Shown piece after piece: positions 45,000-63,721 of a stretch of 64,000 nt of DNA. This stretch comes from the human T2T-CHM13v2.0 reference genome, Homo sapiens, in the NCBI RefSeq assembly GCF_009914755.1, contig NC_060946.1; one strand, given 5' to 3'. Made by a program: the position numbers and the translations under genes. The notes under the pieces were generated by a model. It did no database searches, was not told the origin of the DNA, and worked only from the letters and a program-made list of their open reading frames with translations. Numbering within the stretch: position 1 is the stretch's first letter; the number at the start of each line of letters is the position of its first letter.

Positions 45000-45459
45000 C
45001 TCTTCCTGGTTGACTCTTATGTATGTGAAGAGTCAGGCTTAGTTAATCAATCCATCAGTAAAGATGTATTCTTATTTATATTCCAAGTAATAACATAAAT
45101 CTTGTAATTAAGGCAATGCCAATCAGATACTGAATAAATGACAAATTAAATGCTATAAATGTACTTTAAGTAAATTATTTCCAAGTTTATAAATGCCACA
45201 GTAGTCATTAATGGGAATTTGGACCTACACGCTGAAGTATGAATGGGAAATCACTAACCCAAAAACCATAGTGTACAGGATGGGTTGCCAAGCCCATCCA
45301 CTCTCGTAAAATACAGTGTTCCTTTCCAAGGAAAAAGCTTACACTAGTTTTTTTCCTACAATAATTGCAAAAATTTCTGCTTTGAATGAAATTAGTCCCT
45401 CTTTTGCCTCATTTTGTCTCCATTGTTCTACACAAAAGCCAGAGTAGCTTTTTAAACAG

Positions 45460-46130
45460 TATAATCTTTTAAAATATAATACTTGACATACCAAGAGACA
45501 CATTGAAGGTTATATTAAGTTATAAAGCAATCCAAGACCAGGACATTACCAATAACTTGTTTCTACCTCCCCCATGCCATCTACCTGCCTCCTGCCTGAG
45601 AAAATATTATTCTTAATGCTGTATGTATCATCTCCTTGCCTTTTTTGACATAGTTTTATCACATTATGCCTGAATAAAATATTATTTAGTTTTGCTTGTT
45701 TATTAACTTTATCAATGATGCATGTAATTATAGTTCATTCATTTTCCCCTTATGTATAACGTTGTGTAATATGTGATATGCACTGTTTATTCTTTATCTT
45801 GTCAATGGACAACTGGGTATTTTCCAGTTTTGTTCCTATTACAAAGTGTTGCTTTCAAAATTCTAAAACATAGCTCCTAGTGCACTTGTATAAGAATTTT
45901 CCTATCTAGGAGTCAAATTGCTGGTTTATAAAGTTAAAAGTTCAACTTTTAAAATATTGCCAAACTATTCTTAAAATCAGTTATTCCAATGTATGTTGCC
46001 ACTAGCAAGATATGACGGTTCCTAGTCATCCCCCACAAAACTGTTAAATGGCATTTCTATAAATCTACTAGGTGGATATAGTATCTCACTATGGTCTTAA
46101 TTTGCATTTCCTTGACTAGTAATGAGGTAG
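45460..46130 (-). mobile_element. L1ME-type 3' fragment
   Basis: tatctaggagtcaaattgctgg...tggtcttaatttgcatttccttga. Confidence 0.7.
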
Positions 46131-46715
46131 TACAATTTTGAAATAGAGTTTGACAGGTTCTTATAAAATTGAAATACACTAAGCCATATGACCCTGCAAT
46201 TACACTCTTAAGTATTTGCTCAAGAAAAATGAATATATGTTTAAAAACAGACTTGTATATGAATGTTCATAACAACTTTATTCATAATAGTAAAAAAAAT
46301 GGAAACAATTCAAATGACCATCAACAGGTGAATAGTAGTAAAGTCAAACAATTACATAGTATGCAGCAATAAAAATAAATGAATTGCTAGTAGCAGAAAT
46401 AACATGGTGAATTGTACAGACATTACGTTGAATGAAAGGAGCCAGGAACAAAAGAATATATTCATATAATTCCACTATATAAAGTTCTGGAACAGGCATA
46501 ACTAATTTATATTTGTAGCTGTACAACTCCCCATCAAAATCAGATCAGTGGGGAGGAGCAGCTGACTACAAAGGGACATGAAGGCACTTTATAAGGTGAT
46601 GAAATGTTCAACATCTTACTGAAGTAGTGGTTACATGAGTATACACATTTCTCAAAACTCATCTGTGTATTTTACTACATGTAAACATAATTCAGATTTA
46701 TCAAAAACAAAACAA
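46131..46715 (+). mobile_element. L1ME-type 3' fragment
   Basis: ccatatgaccctgcaattacactcttaagtattt...ggtgatgaaatgttc...caaaactcatc. Confidence 0.75.
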
Positions 46716-46719
46716 AACA

Positions 46720-48510
<1,791 letters not shown>

Positions 48511-50344
48511 GCACAAAAAAAAAATCAAGCCACAGCTGACCGGACCAAGTTTCAAATGCACAAGTGAAAGCAATGTAGATTGGTTAAATACAAGGGGAAA
48601 AAACACCTCTGAGATGTCTTCACAGAACAACAATTAAAAGAGGTACTCAATGCAGAGTAGCAAGCTAACCCAATCAAATTCTTTCTTGAAAATACATACA
48701 CAGCAGGTGGAAGGAGGGGGCCACTTTGGATTGTTAACTATAAACAAGTTGGTTTATCTATAACAACTACCATCTTTCCAATGTTTGCATCAGAAATGAC
48801 TACAAACCCGTTATGGTGACTTCCAGTACTCTGCACATATATCCTCACAACTAACTCTCAAACCAAAAATAGTAAGTATGTCTTTTCCTTGGGATTATAA
48901 AAATCCATCTAATCACAGAGGATGACAAATCTGAACCTTAATATGATTTTACACTAGTGACTGCTGTTGCATGTAACAGAATTTCCATTCTTGTAGATGC
49001 TCTGATTCCTCTATTTGGAATGAAATCTCTAGTTATTAGAGCTGATTAATCATAATTAATTAATAAACATTTTCACGGGGCAGTAGATAACAGGTGACAA
49101 TCAGAATCTCAAAGCTTACATGAGCATAAGTATATATTCACTGATACTAACCTCAAAATAATCTTCCTTGTTCTCTCTTCCCATTCTCCCCTACCCCTAA
49201 CTCCACACCCTAGTCTCTTCATCTTTGCCATTCTACCATGAATTCTCAATTTATCTCTCCTTTCCCTGTTTTCTGTTCCACCACACTTATTCCAATCCTT
49301 GTCATATCTGCTCATTCTTCCCTTCCCCTGCAAGCCTCCATTAAAATGAAACTGATTCATATTTTTAAAACATTTATTGAATAATATAAGAAATGAAAAA
49401 TAAAACTATAAAGAGATACCATTTTTACCCATCAGACTGAGCATCTCCTTGCTGAGGGAGAGAAAAAGGCAAGCAGCAAGCTCCTATCACAGAAGATGAG
49501 GCAAAGCCAAATGGGGGTTATCAACATGCAGATTTTACAAGTCTCCAGATGTGAACTGTCAGTCACAATGATTACCACAGCAATCCCACAATGGCTATAT
49601 AAGAGAAACAAGAGTGCTGCTACAAGCATTCATTCTAAAAGCATTTGTTTAATGAGAGTTGGGGAAATTTTTGCAAACATATCCAACATTTCTCTTTCTC
49701 TTGTTTTTCAGACACTTGTTTCTCATGTAACTAAGCTATACATAGATCCTAAGGTTCCATGCCAACTATCTTGCCATAAAACTAAAATTTTACACTTGTG
49801 ACCTCATCACCAACTTCTTGGCGCTAATCTCAGGTCACAAACTCTACAGAAAGGCTCAGGAAAATAAACTCAGTAGGAATCCTGAAATGTTCAGAAAATT
49901 AATTAGTATTTGGCATGCTGTTTTTAAAAAAAGCCTTTCGTTCTAATTCTGTCAAAAGCAGTCTGGCACATTTCTCTAGCGCACTAACAATCTGATGATT
50001 GAAATCAATGTTTTATTTACATCCCTTCTACAGCTTTTCAGTGTTTCATTTGCATACATATGTAAGAACCAAGTCAAAAGCTGAGGTTCCAGAAGCTCAA
50101 GGAGGAAAGGGCATTTCATTAGCAGGCTAATTCTTTCTAAGACTGTTTCCTATCAAATGAAACAACAGTGAGAATGGGTAGAAAGAAAAGCAAACCAAGA
50201 AGGAAAAAAATACAGAAAAAAAATACACTTTACTGTGTAAAGTGTTCACAGCTGATAAAAGAGAAGGTAATTTGTGTATTTTCTATTTTCAAAATCATTA
50301 ATTTCAAAGAATAATCACCTCTGACTGTATGTGAGGCCCTATTT

Positions 50345-50515
50345 TTAAGGGGTTTATTATACCAGATAGGTTGATCATCCTCATTTTATAAATGAATAAA
50401 CTGATGATTATCAAGGTTAAATGACTCCCTGAAGGTCACACAGCCAGCAAATAGCAGAGATGGGATGCAAGTTCAAGTCTAATTCCATAACCCCATGCCT
50501 TAACTACTATGCTAT
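50345..50515 (-). mobile_element. MIR
   Basis: cctcattttataaatgaataaactga...ggttaaatgactccctgaaggtcacacagcc. Confidence 0.75.
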
Positions 50516-51635
50516 TCTGTTATTCTATTCTTTGTGATATATTGCATTACATATTTAAAGTCAACTCAACATAAAATCAAGCTATTTCAAGACAGATACT
50601 TTTAAAAGAATGAAATGTTTCTTTTTGAACTTTTATTCCTGTCATTTATATGACAGAAGACATACCACAGAAATTTTGGTTGTTCATTATTAATTTACAC
50701 AGAAAAGCAGTTACAATCTACATTTCAGAGTAACACTGGGCTTACTGTTAGATATTTCCCCATTTTCAGAGATGCCTATAATATGGAAACCATTGCTAAT
50801 AATTAATCATATGGGGATATAAACTGAAAAGAGAATATGAGTAAAACTCAAAAGTTGTGTTTTTTTAAACAATGACTCTGTGTTCTTTGTAGAACATACA
50901 TAAAAGGATATACTTTAGTATGGAAAACACCAAGTCTGGATACTTGGTTATAATTTACAATAGTCTAAATTTTTCTAGATTCTGATTAACAAAATGCAGA
51001 AAGTCTTCATATGACAATCATTGTAAAGCCCAACAAAGTTACAGAATGAGATTAGGTAAATAGATGAGAATTAGAAATTTGTTCTATTATGAAGTACAAG
51101 CTTTTCTGCTTGATGAGGTAAATGAATAAATTCAAATGTTGAGATAGGATTTGGATTAATTTCTTGGTATTGTTCTCCTCCTTCATTCCTCTAGGAAGAA
51201 AGATCATGTCACTCAACAGCAATACTTCCAGCCAATTAAATGTTGGTTTTGTGCTGCAATGCTTCCACACCACCCCCAAGCTGGAAGGATTTCAGCTGTG
51301 ATGTAGGATCCACAATAAGGGTAAAGTAAGGAAAAGTAGGTAAAATGAGCTCTGTCATACAGTCAGTCAGCCCCATGGGAAGGAAGCAGCCAAAGGATTA
51401 GCATTTCTGAACTTGACAAGTGAATTTCACATGCACACAGACTCCATATGCATCAGCTATCTTATTCTGCTCTGTCCCTCATATTACATCAGGTTTTAGC
51501 AACTATTTCTAAGTGTGTTCCGTGTCAATCAAATATTTTTCTTCTCCCATATGAATCAACTAGCGCAGCAGATACTCTAGTCTAATCATTGCTTGTTCCC
51601 ACTCCTCCATTTTGCTTAGCTAGTAGAGATAGTAA

Positions 51636-51942
<307 letters not shown>

Positions 51943-51984
51943 AGTAATGGGCAGTCAAACTGATCACACTCCTTAATCAAGCAT

Positions 51985-52578
51985 TTTAAAAAATAATTTA
52001 TTGAAGTAAAACTCATATAACATAACATCAGCCATTTTAAAGTGAACAACTGAATGGCAGTTAGTACACTGTGCAATGCTGTGCAACAACCACCTCTATC
52101 TAGTTCCAAAACACTTCCATCCATAAAGTAAAATCCCATACTCATTAAGCAGCTTCTTCCTATTCTCCCCTCTCCCTTTGTTCCTGGAAACCACCAATTC
52201 ACATTATGTCTCTATGGATTTATCTATTCTGAACATTTCATATCAATGAAATCATACAATATGTGACCTTTTGTGTCTGGCTTCTTTCACTTAGCAAGAT
52301 GTTTTTGAGGCTCATTCATGTTACAGCATGAATCAGAACTTCATTCCTTTTTATGGCTGAAAATTTTTCATTATAGGTATATACCACAATTTGTTTATTC
52401 ATCCATTGATGGATATTTGGGCTGTTTCTACCTATTACCTGTTGTGAATAGTGTTACTATGCTATATATTTGTTTGAATAGTGTTCAATTCTTCTGTATA
52501 TCTAAGAGTGAAATTGTAAGGTCATATGGTAATTCTATGTTTAACTTTTTGAGGAATGGCCGAGCTGTTTTCCACAGT
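51985..52578 (-). mobile_element. L1MB 3' fragment
   Basis: caaccacctctatctagttccaaaaca...catatggtaattctatgtttaactttttgagga. Confidence 0.85.
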
Positions 52579-52584
52579 CAAGCA

Positions 52585-52825
52585 AGCATTTCTGAGCACC
52601 AGACATGTATTAGATAAAGTCTCTGCTCTCATGAAGTTTACATTCTAATGAGAAAAAATAAACAAGTAAATCATTAATTATATTATATATTTAAGCATAC
52701 AGACATGTAAGTGTCATGTCAGATGGCAGTAAGTACTATGAAAAGAAAAGCAGAGTAGGGTACAGGGAGCAATGAGAAGACACTATTTTATATAGGGTGG
52801 TCAGGAAAGGCCTCTCTGAAACATG
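52585..52825 (-). mobile_element. L2 fragment
   Basis: ctgctctcatgaagtttacattcta...atagggtggtcaggaaaggcctctctga. Confidence 0.65.
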
Positions 52826-53512
52826 AACAGTATGAAATTAGATAATTAAATACTGATACTGACTCAACAGTCAGTGAAACTTTTTTTTAATGAAACATTA
52901 TTTCTTTCATGACATTTTCCAAAGCACTTTCATCTTTCTGATTTGAATAATGTTCCCTTTGTGACATTTTTCTGAATGTTAATTCAGACTGGTAACTTTA
53001 CATAAAGATCCTTGCTATTTATTTTGTACAACATAAAATAAAACCCATCTGATGAATTTTCTTGATCACCAGTATACTCTGTGGCAACCCACCTACTTTT
53101 CTAATATGATTACAGTTAGAGGTAATCATCAAATAAAATCTTGTGGAATGTCAGGACTCTATAAATCTCAAACCTTCAATTTCCCAAAAGAACGTAACCA
53201 GCAAATCATAAATAGCTCAAAGTATTAAACCCCACATGGGTGGCAAATACACTAGACTAAGGGTTAAGAATCCCAGTTCTAGTTCCTGCTTTACCACCTT
53301 GGGCAAGTCAGTTACTTCCTCTGGATCTCAAAGTTTGGCTTTACATACAAAAGTAATATGAGTATATACTGCTTTAAAACAGAATTGTTAAGTAGGTAAG
53401 AGGGTTGCATTTTTTCATAATTTATAATTCGACTCCGTAAAGATTGATAAAAATAGCTTTTCGTCTTGCTCTCTGAAGGCTCTGCTACAGTCATCTCCTA
53501 TCACCCCCAAAG

Positions 53513-53859
<347 letters not shown>

Positions 53860-56139
53860 TAAAAGCTTTATGACTCCATCACTTCAGAATGTCAAATTTA
53901 TTTGTACAAACAGGCAAACCCCATATTTGTCATTTTTAATATTTAGAGCTCTTCTGATCCCTCCCTGGAAGCCTCTGGGGTAGACAACCTCAACAAAACA
54001 TCCTATGTACTCATCATACCGTAAGTACGCCTCTATAATTAGTCTCATTCCCTGCTCCTCAGATCCTCTACCAAAGATCTCTCCCATGGACACTAAACTC
54101 ATAACAAACAGAGCCAACAAGGAAAACCCTCCATAACTCCAACCCCAAAAGAACCTAGAATGACAAAACTACACAGACTTAAAAGAGGAATAAGTAAGCA
54201 GAATCTGAAAGAATAGCCAATCAACCTCGTAACTATTCTCTGAAATCTAAAGACTCTTCTGGGTTATCTCTAGAATCCTCAAACATGATTGATATGCCTC
54301 ATCTGTCTCCTCAGCTTGACACAAAGTACACCAAATAGCATAGCATCTGTAAATCTCCCTAATGAAAGTATCCATAAACTGCTCTCCCTAGAATGGTTCT
54401 CAAAGTCCAGTATATTTTTACTATCTTGTCAGTTTTCTCCCATGATATTATGACAGGGTTATTTCATTTTAAAGGTTACCATCCCTTCAACTGCCAGATA
54501 TCAGCTATCACAGGGGCAAATAATGGAATATTTCTATAATCTACATAGAGTCAACACTTTTTAAAAGGTTGTGAGTGAATGAAATGATCCTAATAATTCT
54601 AAAACCTAGTTTGATGAGAAAATTAGAAGAGACTACAAAATCTCAGGAAAAATAAAATCCTTCCACTGTTAAATCAGTAATTCACATCACAGCCGAATCA
54701 AGCCATTTCATTACATTTCATTTTTAGTTACATGAAAGTCAACATTCTATACATATTATAAAATAATCTAGAGACCAGAGTAATCTATAACAGTGACTTT
54801 ATGTTGCCTTTCTTTAATCTTAGTATAAATATATAAACTGCTATCTTAACATAAGGTATTTGCCTAATTCCTACTTCACTTCACTTCTATCCTGTATTTT
54901 CCATATCGTTTGTCATTCAGTTGGCTTTAAATATATTCATGCCAATTCTCCATGCCCTCACCAGCATGATTAAAAAAATTTTACACAGCATTGATATGGG
55001 AGATGATTGATAACAATCTGACTCTTCTTAAAGTGATTCCTTGCTGGGTCTGTGGGGTGGGGAAAAAATGTTAAAAGTTATTTAAAAGCCAGATTTTCTA
55101 AAATCCTACTTTTTCAGATGAATATCAAAAGGGAAAGAAAATGAGCATGTAGTCATTCTACATTTAAAATGAGAAGTCCACACTGTGAAAATGGAGGAAA
55201 ATATATTCACAAAGATTGAGTAACAAACTACTCAAGCCATTTCCTGAAAAGAAACTGCATTTCTGGTTATAATTGTTAAAATTATAGAAGACAATTCCTG
55301 TTCTTCAAAAATCACTCAAATGTGGCTCCAAAATCATAAGTATTATTATTTTTAAAAATGTAAAGGTATTAAGAGCAAAATTTTGGTGTTGATAAATTTA
55401 AGTAAGGAGCTATTGTGCTAGAAGATAATCTTGGTAAGAGATACACAGTACTAACCCATCTTGCCAAAAAGAAGACAAAGAGTAATAAAGACAATTATAA
55501 GGGAAAATTGATTACATCATTTTAAAAAGGGCATTGGTACCTGTGAAATTCCTAGGAATTTTCTTCCTGTGGGATATTGTACAAATGATTTTGTCTTGTC
55601 TAAAGTATACTAAAATTACAAATACATACTCACACTAAGGAAAATTGCTTTTACTTATCAGGTTGAAAGAAACAAGGAAGGCTTGAAAAACAGGTATTTC
55701 CAGGGAAGAAAAGTAAAGCAGAAAAGAGAAGGTATAATAAAAGGACTATAATCAGAGATATGGAAGGAAGACAAACTGCATTAATTTTCTTTAAGAAATG
55801 AGACTAGCTGCACACTGAGATGAATTGTCTCATTTGCCAAGTGTCCCAAGTGGCAAAGTCAAACAAATAACTCTGTAATTCTTCATTAGTTTTTCATCAA
55901 ATTTAACCATTTGCAGACTGCCAAAAGTGGGGGGGTGATATCCTTAAAATCTTAAGAGAATTATAACTAATCAACTTTCATGTATATTTTTCAATACCTT
56001 CCTTGGTTGAAATAACCAAGTGCCAAATGAAAATGGTATAAATACAGAGCAAAGTCAAATAAGATAAACAGCAAGAAGGGTCTACTCTTCACGGAAGGCC
56101 AATTGTAAAGTGGACAGAGCAAAGCCTTTCAAATTACTC

Positions 56140-56320
56140 AGAGCTGGGTTTAAACTCTGACTTTTCCACTTCCTCGTTAAATGTCTCTGCCCCACATTTA
56201 ATCTCTTGCAACTCCATTTTCACGTAGGTACAAAATGAAGGATACAACAGCACCAGGGTCATTGTGAGATTAAAGATCATTATGACATTAAATACCATGT
56301 ATATAAAGCATCTGGCTCTT
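56140..56320 (+). mobile_element. MIR
   Basis: gagctgggtttaaactctgac...attgtgagattaaag. Confidence 0.55.
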
Positions 56321-57330
56321 TCCTTAATAAATACTAATTCCTCTAATAAACTACATAAGTCAGGCAAATATTTAAATGTTTGAGATTTACTGTTAAATGA
56401 TCAAAAATCTGAGTACAGTACGAGACCTTCTGATGCCAAATGATCCTCACTTAACATTTAGTTGAGCAAGTGAGTGGAGGCCGTCCCCAATTTTTATGTA
56501 CTTTTACCACAGAGGTAAGACTTATGGAAAAATCGATGGTGAATTTTTTTTTCCTTTGGACATAAGCACTTTTTCCCCCTCAGCCTTATTAAAAGATAAA
56601 TTTTTAAATCAAAATCTAGTTTTTATAGCACATGGGACTTTTTTCCAAAATGAATATAGCTTTATCATTTTTTAATAATAAGATTAATAAATTATCTTTG
56701 TTTTTAAAAACTGGATATTATAAAAATATCATAAAGAATACATTTTTAAAAATCCCTGGAAATCTTGCCACCCAGAGATAATAGTGGTTAAGATTTCAAT
56801 ATATAAATATACACATAAACATATATATCTTAAACTTCTTTCTCTGTATAAATGCATATATAAATTTTAATAAAAACTATAAAATTAATAAATTTGTAAT
56901 AAAAACTGAGATGTTAATGCTCGTTGACTAGATTTTGTGTATATTTCATTAGCTGTACAAAATCATGAGAATAACATTAGGATAAAATGAATAAGACCTC
57001 CACAATCCCTAACGCTAAACTGTTTTTATTCTTGCCGTGTCCATTTCTAATGCTTGCCATATGGATATATAACTGACATAATTATAAGAGATATAATTTC
57101 ATATTCTTTTTTCATCCATTGTAAGCATATTCTATGTTGCTGCATGAAAATATTTAAGTCAAATACAACAAATGAGATACTAATAATACGTACCAATATC
57201 AAAATATCCTCCCTGATTATGACTTATAAAGCCAAGTCCTCATTTTTGGAAATGACAAATTTAATGGCAAACATACCTACCTTTTATAAAGGATTGAATA
57301 TTTTATTGCTATGGAGATTAAGTGAGACCA

Positions 57331-57887
57331 TGTAACCGAGTATCTTATATTCAAAATGCATTTTGCAACATATTTTTTCCTTTCTTGCTTTTAGCCTTGA
57401 AACATACTTTAAAACTTGGTTCCCCTCCTTTTCCACCAGACGCTCCTGCGCACAGTGCTCGCTTATCTAATTATGTGCTTGCTTAGAAATTCCAGGGGCT
57501 AATTTTGAAACAATCCAGGCATAGAGAACCAGTTGCAAATCCTCCAGCTTAGGGGGAGTTATGAACAATTAGTCCACCACTACCAAGAAGTAGTCAAGAT
57601 GATACCAACCGGACCACCAGACAGGAGGTTACTCAAGATAGTCTACATGTCTCTGAACAATAAATGTAGACCTGCACCCTTCAGCACCACTCCTGCATAT
57701 TTCCCACACTAAATTTTCCTTATTAAACCCTCCACTCAGCCCAAAAAGCTGGAATGGACTTTTAAGGGAATGTGCCTGGCCATTCCCCGACTGCTAGCAT
57801 TTGAATAAAGTTGCTTTCCTTTCACCACATCTCACTTCTCATGTTCTGGCCTTCAAGCAGTGAGTAGCTAAGCTTGAGGCAGTTACA
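57331..57887 (+). mobile_element. ERV1 MER4-group solo LTR (MER50-like)
   Basis: tgtaacc...gttaca inverted ends, aataaagttgctttcc; no clear TSD. Confidence 0.7.
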
Positions 57888-58436
57888 GTAAGACATGCTG
57901 AAACTCTTGGTAAACCTGCATTATATGAATGTAACACTTCACACATTATTATCAATGGGTATGTTATGAATGAATATTGCAAATATATATGACGTTTCTC
58001 AATATTCTCAGAAATTTCTTTTCCAGGACTTTTGCTTAAAGCAGAAAAAATAAGACTTTTCCTCTATTATACAACTAGATCCAGGACATGCTATTAAAAA
58101 GCATTTTAATATATTTATGGGCTTGTAGGTAAGGGAAAGCTCTAAGGGTGTAAAAAAGAAGTCTCAGGTCTATAGATCCCTGGCTTCTGACAGAAATCAG
58201 TGCAAATCCTCCCTGAAATAAATAATCTCCAATTTAGGCCATTACGATTCTCACAGATTAAGTTCAACTAAATATGTACTTGGTATTTTTTAAATCACTA
58301 AACCATGTAAGGAAACAAGCCACCATGAGCAAGAGACAGAATAAAAAACGAAACCCCAACAGATTTAAAATTCCAAGTGTATTGCTTTTCCCATGAGAGC
58401 AATATATCATCCATCAATATTAAAAAATCATTACTT

Positions 58437-58749
58437 GGCCAGGCATAGTAGCTCATGCCTGTAATCCCAGCACTTTCAGAGGCTGGGGGGAAAGGAATGC
58501 TTGAAGCCAGGAGCTTGAGACCAGCCTGGGCAATAAAGCAAGACCTTGTCTTTACAAAATATTTAAAAATTAGCTGGGCACAGTAGGGCATGCCTGTAGT
58601 CCCAGCTACTCATGAGGCTGAGGCAAGAGGATCACTTGAGCCCAGGAATTCGAGGCTTCTGTTAGCTAAGATAGTGCCACTGCACTCCAGCCTGGGTGAC
58701 AGAGCAAGATCCTATCTCTAAAAAACAAATTAAAAATTAAAAAAAAAAA
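58437..58749 (+). mobile_element. AluJ
   Basis: gaggatcacttgagcccagg; TSD cattact. Confidence 0.93.
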
Positions 58750-59072
58750 CACACACATTACTCTGCCTCCATAAGTCAGAATTCAAAAGCTTTATTTCTG
58801 TTTCCTATGATACAACCATAACTATCAAAGATGTGAAGACATATTCCTCAAAAATCTCACCCTGAAAGCATTTTAGAATTGCATCCTTTATAAACTGAAG
58901 CTTGACTTTTAAAATAGCCATAAAAATTTTTTCAAAATTAATCATCCATATCTTTTTGTTCTTAACTACCCAGGTGCTAGCACAGGAATCAGAGAAAACA
59001 GTAGGATATTTTTCTTAGAAACTAAGTAGTAACACTTATATTCACTCTATATTAGTCAAGACAGGCTAGGTT

Positions 59073-59242
59073 AGCTAGGTATGGTGGTGCATGCCTGTAG
59101 TTCCAGCTACATGGGAGGCTGGGGTGGGAGGACTGTTTGAGCCCAGGAGTTCAAGAGCAGCCTGGGCAATACAGTGAGATCTCATCTCCCAAAAGGCAAA
59201 ATAAATAAACACAACACATATATTAATTTAAAAAATAAAAAA
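59073..59242 (+). mobile_element. FLAM (Alu monomer)
   Basis: Monomeric Alu with ttgagcccaggagttcaag; TSD acaggct(a/g)ggt. Confidence 0.85.
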
Positions 59243-59252
59243 ACAGGCTGGG

Positions 59253-59692
59253 TGTATTAGGGTTCTCTAGAGGGACAGCACTAATAGGATAGATAGGTAT
59301 ATAAAGGGGAGTTTATTAAGTATTAACTCACTTGATCACAAGGTCCCACAATAGGCTGTCTGCAAGCTAAGGAGCCAGAGAGCCAGTCTGAGTCCCAAAA
59401 CTGAAGAACTTGGAGTCCGATGTTCGAGGGCAGGAAGCATCCAGCACGGGAGAAAGATGTAGGCTGGAAGGCTAGGCCAGTCTAGTCTTTTCACGTTTTT
59501 CTGCCTGCTTTATATTCTAGCTGTGCTGGCATCTGATTAGATGGTGCCCACCCAGATTAAGGTGGGTCTGCCTTTCCCAGCCCACTGACTCAAATGTTAA
59601 TCTCCTTTGGCAACACCCTCACAGACACACCCAAGATCAATACTTCACATCCTTCAATCCAATCAAGTTGACACTCAGTATTAACCATCATA
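59253..59692 (-). mobile_element. MLT2A (HERV-L) solo LTR
   Basis: tgtattagggttctctagagggacag...caagttgacactcagtattaaccatca; TSD ctggg/ctagg. Confidence 0.92.
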
Positions 59693-60595
59693 CTAGGTTA
59701 CACCAAAGTGATACAATCCCAAAATGTCATGGCTTTAAGTAACAACATTTTTTTTCTTGATCTCATTGCACCCCCATTGCTCTGCTCTGTAGTCGTCATT
59801 CAGGGATGCAGGCTTCAAGAGTTTGTATCACCTGGAACAACCAAGGCAATGGAATAGAACATGGCAAATTGTGTGCTCGTTCTTTCACATTCCTTTGATC
59901 AGAACAAGTCATATGACTACTCGTAACTTCAAGGGAGTAGAGAAGTACAAGCCTACGACGTGCCCAGAATGAAAAGAACCAGAAATACTGGTGGATAGAA
60001 CTAAAGGCCACCACACACAGTTATTTGGACTATTCAAATAGTAAGATAAACAAATAAATGCTGAACTGAATGCAGTTGAAAGTTTATATAATAATTCCAC
60101 TGCTAGACTTTAATAGAGGACCACAAGATGGTCTCAAAGAAGTGTAGGCCTGACAACAGCCTCAGGCATTGTTTCCAGATCCTAGGCTCCCTTATTAATT
60201 GAGTAAATGGTGCGGTTGTCTTCTAAGCAATTTACCCCACTAACTTAATATTTCTCTAGTCAGAGAAAAAATGGCTGATATTCCACAATAGATAGAAGTC
60301 AAATAAAAATTACCATTATATACTATGCACTTAAAAAATTCCTCTGATATCACTAGAAATGCCTCTTTGCCTAAAGCCTAAGTCAATCATACAGTAGTTT
60401 AAGCTGTTTATTCAAGAAGTTTTGTGATATTCAAGAAGTTTGTTTATTTGAGAAGTTTTTTGGGGGGAAATAAAACTATCAAGCCTTTAAGCTTAGGAAT
60501 AATCTAGGAAATCTTCAACTTTGTCATTCCTTCTTGTCCACCTGCTTCTCTCCATCCCATCTCTTTCCCTCTCTTCCTCTTCTTACCGAAGTTAG

Positions 60596-61703
<1,108 letters not shown>

Positions 61704-61829
61704 TTAGCTGTCTAAATAAACCAATTAAAAGACAAAAAAAAGAGAAAGAAAATAGCTTAATAGATGCTCTGAAGAAAGTGAAATCAAGAGAGCCAAACTG
61801 TTGCTCATAAGAAGTTAGTTAATGAATGG

Positions 61830-62205
61830 ATGCCTTCTAGTTAAAGATAACAATTAAAGCTAACAAATTAAACATAAGTATTTAGCACAAACTCTAAAAA
61901 TAAAATGAGATATTTTATTTAAAGTCATAAACCCACAAGGACCAAAAAACAAACAAACAAACAAAAACAGGAAGGGAAAAAGGGGCAATTTTTGAAGCTG
62001 TAAAGTCAATGAACAAGTGATAAGATACCATGCAGATTCAAGAAAGTTAAGTCAAAAAGGAGAAAGCTATGAAACAACCAATTCACATTTAAGAATCTCC
62101 TAAAGTTTTGGGAAGTAGCAATAGCAAGTGCCTCTAAAAAATGATGAGGAGATAGGGCTAAAACTAGGATTGGTTTAAAGTCTGTTTAAGAATCAATTAG
62201 CCCTT
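61830..62205 (+). mobile_element. HAL1/L1M 5' region relic
   Basis: Colinear with 43500-43875 (ends aaagtctgtttaagaa). Confidence 0.5.
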
Positions 62206-62219
62206 AGCATACAGTCTGT

Positions 62220-63660
<1,441 letters not shown>

Positions 63661-63721
63661 TTGAGTCTGTACTCCACTCTTAAATATTAGACAAAAATCA
63701 AGGATCATCTGACATTTGAGC

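Larger units (their letters stand above)
59048..60016 (-). mobile_element. MLT1 (J/K-like) LTR interrupted by FLAM and MLT2A
   Basis: tatattagtcaagacaggctaggtt | acaccaaagtgatacaatcccaaaat...gaaccagaaatactggtg. Confidence 0.65.
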
